A stretch of DNA of 35,332 bases from a virus (Duplodnaviria > Caudoviricetes): positions 1 through 35,332 of IMG/VR virus record IMGVR_UViG_3300036982_000137; one strand, given 5' to 3'. The translations under genes and the position numbers were made by a program. This document shows positions 18,525 to 26,268 of this stretch, in pieces. Every line of letters begins with the position of its first letter. Within the stretch, counting starts at the first letter, position 1. The notes below the pieces were generated by a model, which saw only the letters and a program-made list of their open reading frames with translations, made no database searches and was not told the origin of the DNA.

Positions 18525-20577
18525 TCTTTAACCCATTGGTCAGTTTTTCAAGAAAGTCTTGTTTTACCTGAGACTGAGCATTTATTTTGTCAGCCATCTG
18601 TAACTCGACAATCTTAGACTTGTTTTTAATGTCAGACTCTTTCAGCATCAATTCAGCAATCTTAACCCGCTTGTCAAACTCTTTAGAAGCCAAATCGTCT
18701 TGGTTTGGAAGATTCTTAGTCAGGCTTGCAGTCATCTTTGCTTGCACTTCTTGAGGCATTAACTGAGTCTCAACCGACAATTTCTGTGCTTCAGCCCTAT
18801 TTTGTTCTGCCTGAGTAGTCTGAACCGCAATATTTGCCTGTGCCGCTTGCATAGCCAACTGCTGTTGTGCTTGTTGCATCTGTTGTGCTTGTGGATCAGG
18901 TTGCATCATCTCATCTAACTTAGCCATCAACTCCATTCTGTTAGACAAACTGCTGTTTCCAACGATTCCTTTAAGCAAAATAGGCAAAACAGGAGTATTT
19001 GCACCCAAAGTCTGCAACAAACCAATAAATTGCTGCTGTTCATACTCTCTGGCAATGATGCCAAGGGTTGCAGTAGGGATGAAGTTCATGTCAACAGAGG
19101 GATAACGCTCTGGATCAAACTGCATAAACCTGAAAGCAGCCTTCTTGATGAATGGAATCAGGAAATCTTCTTGGAAATTGACCAATGTACGCTTGTATTT
19201 CTTGATGATAGAGGCAACCGCCATTGACATACCGCCACCATCACGACTAGCTTGGCTAATCATGCCGTTAGAGTCTAGAGTTCCTGTAGCTTGTAGCAAC
19301 ATTCGCTCAAAGTCTTTGGCAGTTGCAAGGTTGTTTGGGTCAGTCTGTCCAAACTTGAATGGAAAGAGAATCTCGCTAGGAGAACCATTAACCAGAATAG
19401 CTTTTCCGGGCTTTACCTCAAACTTCATACCACGGGGCAAGCGTGTTGCGTCCATCGCCATCATGGGAGAGGTACTCAATGCCAGTGAATCTAAGTGGCT
19501 GCGGGTCTGAGCATCAATGGCCTTCTGCATATTGAATGCTTTTTCCACCGTACCACGGCCTAACAACCTGTTTGGCACAGTATCGTCTTGATAAGACAGA
19601 ACTGGCCTGTCTTTCATCATGTATGGATTTTCTTCAGCCTTTAAGAGCATTCCATCATTGGCAATCACAACAATGGCCTCAACCATGTCGGTGTAGTCTT
19701 CTGCCGCTGAGTTTTCAGGGAACAACTCTACGATGTCTTTGTTCTCTTTCATATTGTTCAAATATTCGCGGGGAACTAACCCGTAATAAGTGAGCAAAAG
19801 AACCTTTTCATCCTGATACTGGCTTACTTCTTGGGTAGGCTCAAGGTCAGTATCTTCACTGGCAGTACCAATGTCCACCTTACGGTAGATTCCACGCTCA
19901 ATACCCTGCACAACCTTATGAATTGAAACGTATTTTTCAATAGCCACGCCCATACAGTCATCAATGCTTGTGCCGTTAGGGTCAAACAAGAAGTTCTTTG
20001 GGTTGACAGGCATGATCTTGACAGAAATCCTGTCCCGTTCCATCACGCCAATAGCTGCCTGACCCTGCTGATTAGGAATAGGTCGAGTCGAGGGAACATA
20101 CTCAGTTTCAGTCTTGACAACAATCTCGCCAATGCCTGTCCCATAGATTTCAGCCATCAATTCGATCTGGTCGATAGCTTTTCTGATTTTGTCCTTCTTG
20201 AAATCCTCAGTGAGTTGAGCCTTAATTATCTCAACATCAATAGGGTTGCCGTTTACATCTTGGATGTTGTCTTCAATGTCAAAGAAGTCACCTTGACCAA
20301 ATATAGCTTCCATGATCTCAGCATGACGAGTCTCGACTGCTTGTTGAGTGGCAGGGGTAACGATACGGCTGCGTTCAGACTCACGGGTCTTGTCTTCAGA
20401 TGCCCATTGACCACGGAAGATACGCTCGTATTCCAGCCAATCAGGGAGAAAGTTAGTGTCTCTGTAGTCACGCCACTTGTCGCAGTGGCTAGTAACAAAA
20501 TCGGTCAGTTCTTTATCAGCCTCAGTAGGCTCATAAAACTCGTTTTGTTCTAGCTTGACTTGTTTGTCTGTTGCCAT
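18517..20577 (-). CDS. Portal protein
   Basis: About 686 aa; IYGTGIG, GRGTVEK, Q-rich C-terminal barrel as in P22-like portals. Start refined to MATDKQ. Confidence 0.9.
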   Translation of the reverse strand: MATDKQVKLEQNEFYEPTEADKELTDFVTSHCDKWRDYRDTNFLPDWLEYERIFRGQWASEDKTRESERSRIVTPATQQAVETRHAEIMEAIFGQGDFFDIEDNIQDVNGNPIDVEIIKAQLTEDFKKDKIRKAIDQIELMAEIYGTGIGEIVVKTETEYVPSTRPIPNQQGQAAIGVMERDRISVKIMPVNPKNFLFDPNGTSIDDCMGVAIEKYVSIHKVVQGIERGIYRKVDIGTASEDTDLEPTQEVSQYQDEKVLLLTYYGLVPREYLNNMKENKDIVELFPENSAAEDYTDMVEAIVVIANDGMLLKAEENPYMMKDRPVLSYQDDTVPNRLLGRGTVEKAFNMQKAIDAQTRSHLDSLALSTSPMMAMDATRLPRGMKFEVKPGKAILVNGSPSEILFPFKFGQTDPNNLATAKDFERMLLQATGTLDSNGMISQASRDGGGMSMAVASIIKKYKRTLVNFQEDFLIPFIKKAAFRFMQFDPERYPSVDMNFIPTATLGIIAREYEQQQFIGLLQTLGANTPVLPILLKGIVGNSSLSNRMELMAKLDEMMQPDPQAQQMQQAQQQLAMQAAQANIAVQTTQAEQNRAEAQKLSVETQLMPQEVQAKMTASLTKNLPNQDDLASKEFDKRVKIAELMLKESDIKNKSKIVELQMADKINAQSQVKQDFLEKLTNGLKNG

Positions 20578-20581
20578 ATTC

Positions 20582-21817
20582 TTACCTTGTTGTGCTTCCA
20601 AAAGGGTCACGATATATCAGTGATTCTACTGGCACATCGTAACTTTCAGGATATGTTGTTAGCGGAACAGTCATTTTTCCAGTTTCATATTGCTTTTGAG
20701 TTGCTCTAGCTTGAGCCTCTCCAGCCAAAGATTTGTAATTAGAAAAAACTTGTTTTTCTCTTACCCTTACCTTATCACGCAATCCTTGGTATTTCATGTA
20801 TTTTTGAAAAATATCAACCATGTCTGGATTTGAAAAAACATCTATTTGTTTATCAGATAAGTAACGAGTTTTTCCTTTACTGAAATCAACTATATTTTTT
20901 AAATCATTCGATGTGACTTGAAGTTTAGTCAAATTTGACGCTTTGGTTGCAAATATATCATCGACTTTTCTTAATTCTTGTTCAACTCGTTCGGTTGATT
21001 TTTTCATAAATTCTTTAGTATTCCCACCTCTAGGAAATCCTTCAATAGTTTGCACAGCGTGTTGTAATTCATGCAATAAATAACTTGTTGAATCTACAAG
21101 TTGTTTATCAACTTTGTCCATCAAGTATGGGTTTAATGCTTTTAATCCAACAATATTGCTTTTTGGGTCGTAATATGCTTCTGTTCCAAACATCATGCCT
21201 GAAACTTTTTCTGCTGGAATATTTTTTAATTCAGGATAGGCATTAAATAATTCTGGATGGTCTAACAAATCCCCTACTGTTATGTTTTCTACTGGAGTTT
21301 GTCTGCCATAGTTTATATTTTTTCGTATAGGTGTTTCTAGTCTTTGTAAAGCATCTTGTTTGATTACAACACCCACATCAGAAATCTGCTTACCCCATTC
21401 AGGCATACGCCCTTGACCCATTGGAACTCTCTCAAGTCCTGTTATTTCTGTAATTTTGTAATCAGGAATTCCTTGTTTAGCAAGTAAATCAGCTTGATTA
21501 ATAAGTTCTTGCATACCTTTAGCAGATTTACCAACAAGCATTCCAACTGGATTATAAGCATCAGCATACATCCCTAAAGATTTTTGTTCTGCTGCAAGTT
21601 GTTCTGGAGAAGGTTGTAATCCTCTACTTCTAGCCATCATTGCTTGAGAACCTAAAGCATTTAATTGATTAAATGTTCTTGCTTGATCATTTGCATTTTC
21701 AACAACTTGTTCAGTGGATGCCAGAGGATTGGATACAACATCTCCTAGAGTGCGCTTTAACGCATCTGCTCTAGAGTAGATATAGGGTAAAACTCCACCT
21801 AATAACCCAGTTGCCAT
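20582..21817 (-). CDS. LPD23-like zincin (HExxH) protein inserted between terL and portal
   Basis: W..QISD, LLDHPELFNAYPELKNI, LLHELQHAVQTIEGFPRGG, Y..LAGEAQAR motifs of large polyvalent protein domain 23. Confidence 0.75.
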   Translation of the reverse strand: MATGLLGGVLPYIYSRADALKRTLGDVVSNPLASTEQVVENANDQARTFNQLNALGSQAMMARSRGLQPSPEQLAAEQKSLGMYADAYNPVGMLVGKSAKGMQELINQADLLAKQGIPDYKITEITGLERVPMGQGRMPEWGKQISDVGVVIKQDALQRLETPIRKNINYGRQTPVENITVGDLLDHPELFNAYPELKNIPAEKVSGMMFGTEAYYDPKSNIVGLKALNPYLMDKVDKQLVDSTSYLLHELQHAVQTIEGFPRGGNTKEFMKKSTERVEQELRKVDDIFATKASNLTKLQVTSNDLKNIVDFSKGKTRYLSDKQIDVFSNPDMVDIFQKYMKYQGLRDKVRVREKQVFSNYKSLAGEAQARATQKQYETGKMTVPLTTYPESYDVPVESLIYRDPFGSTTR

Positions 21818-23077
21818 TTATATCCCCGAAATAATATCTAGAGGCTCCCACTCATCTTCTTGATCGTCAACAAAGTATGAGGTTACAGCCAGTTGGTCAA
21901 TGTAGGAAAGGGCATCAGGCAAGTCATCATGAACACCTTGGGCGGGAAACATCAAGAGTTGATCTTTGAATTCATCCCAATCTTCCTCAGAGTTCAGCAC
22001 AATACGCCCATGCTCAAACCGTCCTTGGAGACTCCAGATAATCCTGTCAGTCTTTTTCCTGTTGCCGTGCGTCAAGTCAACTATGTGGGAATATACATTA
22101 TTTTTACGCATTAAGTCACTCAAATACGGCAAAACTGCGTTTTTTAATGCTCCACGCTCAATTCCAATGCTCAAAGGACGGTATTCCCGCATCTTCAGCA
22201 GTATCGTAGCCGCAGTTTCCCTGATGTCCCACCGACCGTAAACAATCTCTTTGACAAACCATTTGCCCTCATCAGTCACCTTGACTACAGCAATGGCAGT
22301 CTGGTCTAGCCTTTTCTTGGAATTGGCAGCTTGTCTAGCCACTTCTTCAAACCCTGCCAAATCGACAGCAATGTAGTACGAGCCATGTTCAGGTTCTTCT
22401 CCATATTTAATCCATTCTTCTTTAAAAACGTCAGAACCAGCATTGTCAAAACTGGCAAGGTATTCCTGCTTAAAAGCAAAGGAACTTAGGGTTTTCTTGG
22501 CAGACTCAATCTCATCAGGGTCTATCAGGGGGTTGTCTTTGGTAGTGAAGTGCCACGACTTCCAATCTGAGTCTTCTTCTGACATTCCAAGTTTAAAGAT
22601 GTCATAGAAGAAGTTACGACCTTTGGGAGTGCCGATGAACATTGCTCTGCCCTTTTTATCAGACAAAGACGCACGAATAACCTGTTCCCATGCTTCTGGT
22701 TTGATGTCGGCAACCTCGTCAAGCACAGCGTAGGTGAGAGACACTCCTCGCAAAGTATCTGGACGATCTGCGCCTCTGACATAGATTTTTGCTCCGTTTA
22801 TCAGGGTGATGTCCATGTTATTGATGTGGCTAGCCTGAATGACTTCACGCCCCAACTCCATCAACACATCCCAAATAATCTGTCGTGCCTGACCATTGGT
22901 AGGCGCAACATAGAGTACAGCAGAACCAGCAGTACACTGCAAGCCCTCTATCAACAGGGTGATGGCTGACAGGCGGGACTTACCGCAACGCCGTCCAGCA
23001 GCAATGACTTTGAACCTTGTTTTATCAGCAAAGACTTCTTGTTGCCAAGGGAGGAGACTGAAGTTAAGGTCAGACAT
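21818..23077 (-). CDS. terL: Terminase large subunit
   Basis: Walker A AGRRCGKS, YVAPT, Walker B VLDE, IGTPKG, nuclease AVDLA...HDDLPDA. Confidence 0.96.
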   Translation of the reverse strand: MSDLNFSLLPWQQEVFADKTRFKVIAAGRRCGKSRLSAITLLIEGLQCTAGSAVLYVAPTNGQARQIIWDVLMELGREVIQASHINNMDITLINGAKIYVRGADRPDTLRGVSLTYAVLDEVADIKPEAWEQVIRASLSDKKGRAMFIGTPKGRNFFYDIFKLGMSEEDSDWKSWHFTTKDNPLIDPDEIESAKKTLSSFAFKQEYLASFDNAGSDVFKEEWIKYGEEPEHGSYYIAVDLAGFEEVARQAANSKKRLDQTAIAVVKVTDEGKWFVKEIVYGRWDIRETAATILLKMREYRPLSIGIERGALKNAVLPYLSDLMRKNNVYSHIVDLTHGNRKKTDRIIWSLQGRFEHGRIVLNSEEDWDEFKDQLLMFPAQGVHDDLPDALSYIDQLAVTSYFVDDQEDEWEPLDIISGI

Positions 23078-23453
23078 CTTTACTTTCTATGTCTTCAGCA
23101 TCTATAGGGTTATCCCCTATGACTACACCACCAATACCAGAAATAGTTATGTTAACTGCTGACCTCTGTTTTCCTTCTTTCTCGAACAAGGAAACAGGAA
23201 GCATTCTGTCCATACAGAGTTTGATGGCAGCCATTTGAGCAGGGTGTTCGTCATTCATGGCAATCTCAACTGCCTTGTGGACAACATTAGCACCTGCACT
23301 CTTGATTAACAGGTCTTTGAGTTCTCTGACTTGTTGTTGTTCAGTCTTAGGGAGGGTAAGGGCTTGAGGGTTATCAGCATACTTCTTCAAGGTCATAGTG
23401 CCAGAACCCTTTGGCCTACCCCTTGTTTTCTTGAAGCTATCTATCACGTTCAT
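23070..23453 (-). CDS. terS: Terminase small subunit
   Basis: GRPKGS motif, AAIKLCMDR, overlaps the terL start. Confidence 0.8.
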   Translation of the reverse strand: MNVIDSFKKTRGRPKGSGTMTLKKYADNPQALTLPKTEQQQVRELKDLLIKSAGANVVHKAVEIAMNDEHPAQMAAIKLCMDRMLPVSLFEKEGKQRSAVNITISGIGGVVIGDNPIDAEDIESKDV

Positions 23454-23477
23454 CTTTTATCCAGTTGTGGGAAGAAG

Positions 23478-23562
23478 TTGTTGGTGGCTTCCATGAAGCA
23501 GGATTGGGTTCAATTCAACAACAAACCAAAGCCCCACGGAGCTAAACCGTTTCCACCAACAA
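23478..23562 (-). ncRNA. Candidate cloverleaf (C4-like) small RNA in the terS leader
   Basis: Perfect 10-bp closing stem TTGTTGGTGG/CCACCAACAA enclosing ACGG-TTTAGCT-CCGT, a central imperfect hairpin and GCTTC-ATG-GAAGC. Confidence 0.5.
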
Positions 23563-23629
23563 GAGTATGGACTGTTGCGCCCTCTGTAGTTTTAGAGGCA
23601 ATCCACACACTTCTTGGAAGTTAGTACAC

Positions 23630-23660
23630 ACTTTACACGAGAATCAGATTCTTGTATAGT
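23630..23660. promoter_or_regulatory. Quasi-palindromic, probably bidirectional sigma70 promoter
   Basis: Plus strand TTTACA-N17-TATAGT; minus strand TATACA-N17-TAAAGT. The spacer contains the inverted repeat AGAATC-A-GATTCT. Confidence 0.55.
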
Positions 23661-23885
23661 GGAGACAAACGGGGGCATCACCCACCCCTCTATGCGGTTG
23701 AGCCGACCAAGTAGGATAAACGTAGTGAACCATGTAGTTCTCAAGTAAAGCAACAGACTTGAACGGGGCTAGTAGCGTGGAGTGATTGATCTGACAGTCA
23801 TCACTAACTTAGCATAAACGAGAGGCTCTCCTTTAAAAAGGATTACACCCACTCACGGGTGAATACTCCTATTCGTCTTCTCCCC
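23661..23885 (+). ncRNA. Candidate multi-hairpin ncRNA (~220 nt)
   Basis: Follows the promoter, no ORF of 60 aa or more, with a series of stems (TCAAGT/ACTTGA, AGTGAT/ATCACT, TCCTT/AAGGA, CACCC/GGGTG, long-range TAGGA/TCCTA). Confidence 0.45.
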
Positions 23886-23992
23886 TAATCCAAATAGCTT
23901 TGTTGTTGTCAAACACTAAGATTGGCTTAACTTGTGGAGAGGAGGCTCCCACAAATATTACACACACACCACCACCCCTCCCCCCTATCGAA

Positions 23993-24108
23993 GTAAGCAC
24001 ACACTTACAAGTAAGCACTTGCTTCGCAAGTCTCGCTGTAAGCGAGCACTAACTAACAGGTAGATGCAAATGAGAATCATTCTTATTTAGAAGTTAGTAA
24101 GCACTAAC
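23993..24108. repeat. Array of GTWAGY-N4-RCTWAC palindromic operators
   Basis: GTAAGCACACACTTAC (23993), GTAAGCACTTGCTTCG (24011, partial), GTAAGCGAGCACTAAC (24038), GTTAGTAAGCACTAAC (24093). Confidence 0.7.
24066..24088. promoter_or_regulatory. Fur-box-like site 1
   Basis: AAATGAGAAT-C-ATTCTTATTT (9/10 palindromic). GCAAATGAGAATCATTCTT matches GATAATGATAATCATTATC at 14/19. Confidence 0.7.
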
Positions 24109-24121
24109 GTAGGACTAATCT

Positions 24122-24142
24122 AAATGAGAATCATTCGCATTC
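24122..24142. promoter_or_regulatory. Fur-box-like site 2
   Basis: AAATGAGAAT-C-ATTCGCATTC; shares 15 nt with site 1. Confidence 0.65.
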
Positions 24143-24377
24143 GCATGTAGTGGTGATGTACCATTTCCTAGGGACTAATCTTAATAACTTTTAAATCTAT
24201 CAATTAAATCATTAACATAGAATAGTTATATCATTATTAATACTTTGCAATTCATAGGGTTTTCCGTATACTATATAGATCAACGGGTTACATAGACTGG
24301 CATGATTCTCTCATGATATATAGTATGGAATACGAAAAATTCCATATTTTCATAAACTCTCAATAGGTGTAAATATC

Positions 24378-24674
24378 ATGAAAAATCTCAAATTAAATTA
24401 CTTTACCGATCCAGGGCATGGCTGGGTATCAGTTAAGCTTCAAACCCTTATAGCCCTAGGTATCCATAATAAAATCTCTCATTACTCTTATATCCGGGGG
24501 AATTCGGCATATTTAGAGGAAGATTGTGATTTAGGTCTACTTTTCAGTGCATGCGATTCTATCGGCCTTAAAATCGATTTAACCCCTAAACATACGAATA
24601 ACCGTAGCCCGATTCGATCATACGATACATATCGTGCATTACGCTGCTACTTGCAAGCCGGGAGCGTAGCATGA
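24378..24674 (+). CDS. Conserved phage early protein (DPGHGW...YLEEDCD family)
   Basis: AGGTG RBS; recognisable DPGHGW and YLEEDCD motifs; function unknown. Confidence 0.8.
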   Translation: MKNLKLNYFTDPGHGWVSVKLQTLIALGIHNKISHYSYIRGNSAYLEEDCDLGLLFSACDSIGLKIDLTPKHTNNRSPIRSYDTYRALRCYLQAGSVA

Positions 24675-25318
24675 TAAAAATCTCTGTAACGTCAAAGCTT
24701 GACGGTATCCGATCATGGTCTTTACAAGCATTGGACACATGTCCGGGGTCTATTGCTTCACCCGGTGTATTAGTTGACGCATGTAAAGGCTGCTATGCGA
24801 CAACCGGGAATTATCGTTATCCGAATGTAAAAGCCCCTAGAATCTCAAATCAAAGTGACTGGCAACGTATGGGCTGGGTTAGCGATATGGTCGAAGCTTT
24901 GCAAAATGATAGATATTTTAGGTGGTTTGATTCGGGAGATATGTATACCCTAGGTTTAGCAGAGAAAATGCTTGAAATAATGAGAATGACACCATGGTGC
25001 AAGCATTGGTTACCTACTCGCATGCATAAATTCCCGAAGTTTTCTATTGTGCTGCAAAATATGGCTGCTTTGCCGAATGTATCGGTACGGTTTAGCAGTG
25101 ATTCGGTTAATGGTCAATTTACTAAGGGTTTGCATGGATCGGTAATAGTTGCCGATTCTACTCAGCATACTAAGGGTATGACGTTATGCCGGGCATATGA
25201 GAATGCCGGGAAATGTTCCGGTTGCCGGGCATGCTGGGACAAAAAAGTTAAAGTTATCGCATACCCAGCCCATGGCCAAAAAATGCAAAAAGTTATTCAA
25301 ATTCTTAAAGCAGCATAA
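24671..25318 (+). CDS. GP88-like Cys-rich (radical-SAM-like) protein
   Basis: TSKL..SWSL...CP...CKGCYA, YFRWFDSGD, HWLPTR, PNVSVRFS, C......KCSGCRACW...IAYPAH. Confidence 0.8.
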   Translation: MIKISVTSKLDGIRSWSLQALDTCPGSIASPGVLVDACKGCYATTGNYRYPNVKAPRISNQSDWQRMGWVSDMVEALQNDRYFRWFDSGDMYTLGLAEKMLEIMRMTPWCKHWLPTRMHKFPKFSIVLQNMAALPNVSVRFSSDSVNGQFTKGLHGSVIVADSTQHTKGMTLCRAYENAGKCSGCRACWDKKVKVIAYPAHGQKMQKVIQILKAA

Positions 25319-25413
25319 AAGCATAGACTGTAAACCCTTAAATTTAGGGGTTTATGGCCTAGGTTTTCACAATCCTAGGGTTTTCCATTAATCAATTTTT
25401 TATAGGTGTTCAC

Positions 25414-25653
25414 ATGACAATTGAAAATCGTTCTATCCGATCCATTGCCCTAGATATTCGCAAAGAATGGGTTAAAGTTAATTACGCTGCTAAACCTTAT
25501 CTCGATGCAATGATGGAATTAAATTCCATTAATGATAAATATGGGTTTGACAATGCCAGATCAATCATTCTTTATTTTTTGTCTAATGCTTCAAGCTTTA
25601 GGGGTGAACGGGCTAAAGCATTAAAAGCCGAATTAAAAGCTTTGGGAGCGTAA
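25414..25653 (+). CDS. Conserved phage hypothetical protein
   Basis: AGGTG RBS; YAAKPYLDAM...YGFDNARSIILYFLSNA..FRG..AK.LKAEL motif seen in diverse phages. Confidence 0.75.
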   Translation: MTIENRSIRSIALDIRKEWVKVNYAAKPYLDAMMELNSINDKYGFDNARSIILYFLSNASSFRGERAKALKAELKALGA

Positions 25654-25655
25654 TT

Positions 25656-25745
25656 ATGAAAAATTACATTATTCCCATAATTCAAACCATACTTTGCATA
25701 TCGGTGTGGGCTTATATCGGCTTTTTACTTGCATTTAGGGGTTAA
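25656..25745 (+). CDS. 29-aa single-TM microprotein
   Basis: MKNYIIPIIQTILCISVWAYIGFLLAFRG; GGAG RBS; fills the gap exactly. Not in the ORF track. Confidence 0.6.
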   Translation: MKNYIIPIIQTILCISVWAYIGFLLAFRG

Positions 25746-25747
25746 CC

Positions 25748-26074
25748 ATGAAGTACTTTTTTATCCAGCACCAACACTATTCGGAAAATACGTCAATCTA
25801 CGGGTATGGAGATTTTCCGGAGCAGATACCCTATATGGCTGCAATTGTCGAAGCTGATAGCCTCAGAAAAGCCCAAAATAAAGTTAAAAAGCTTTTCCCT
25901 AGGGTACTTTTTCGGGGAAATAGCCCGGTTATCAGCCATTATCTGTTAGCAGAGAATGATCGTTTTGTAGACTATTACGTCAAATTACCCGTTGACCATG
26001 ATAAAAGATTGTCCCCAGCGAATCAAGCTTTGCATAATTCCTGCATTCGATCAATTGAAACGGTCTTAACATGA
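25748..26074 (+). CDS. Hypothetical early protein
   Basis: AGGGG RBS; co-oriented in the operon. Confidence 0.65.
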   Translation: MKYFFIQHQHYSENTSIYGYGDFPEQIPYMAAIVEADSLRKAQNKVKKLFPRVLFRGNSPVISHYLLAENDRFVDYYVKLPVDHDKRLSPANQALHNSCIRSIETVLT

Positions 26075-26121
26075 TATATGCAGCCATTGCCTTATTACTA
26101 AAAATTATATTAAAGAAGTAA
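26071..26121 (+). CDS. 16-aa hydrophobic/basic micropeptide
   Basis: MIYAAIALLLKIILKK; ATGA-coupled to the upstream stop and ending just before the terminator. Confidence 0.4.
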   Translation: MIYAAIALLLKIILKK

Positions 26122-26126
26122 CTTAT

Positions 26127-26148
26127 AACCGGCTTAGGCCGGTTTTTT
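26127..26148 (+). terminator. Intrinsic terminator closing the plus-strand early block
   Basis: AACCGGC-TTAG-GCCGGTT followed by a T run. Confidence 0.8.
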
Positions 26149-26268
26149 ATTGCCTATTAGGTTAGTGAGTACTTTTCAATTTTAGCCGTTTATAGGCATT
26201 TTTATTGTTCATGCTACCCTAATATAGACCATGCATAAAAAATCGATTCTAGGCACTTTTAAACCCGT

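Noticed and set aside
23478-23562. tRNA gene
   Set aside because: Cloverleaf-like, but the closing stem is 10 bp and there is no TTC-containing T-loop, canonical anticodon arm or CCA.
2738-23624. Numerous plus-strand ORFs opposite the late operon (e.g. 9780..10193, 13233..13610, 17740..18258, 23331..23624)
   Set aside because: They are antisense to well-supported genes or RNA structures, and lack RBSs and motifs.
23990-24180. CRISPR array or mini-array
   Set aside because: The repeats are short, degenerate, of several kinds and irregularly spaced, and there is no cas gene. Operator sites explain them better.
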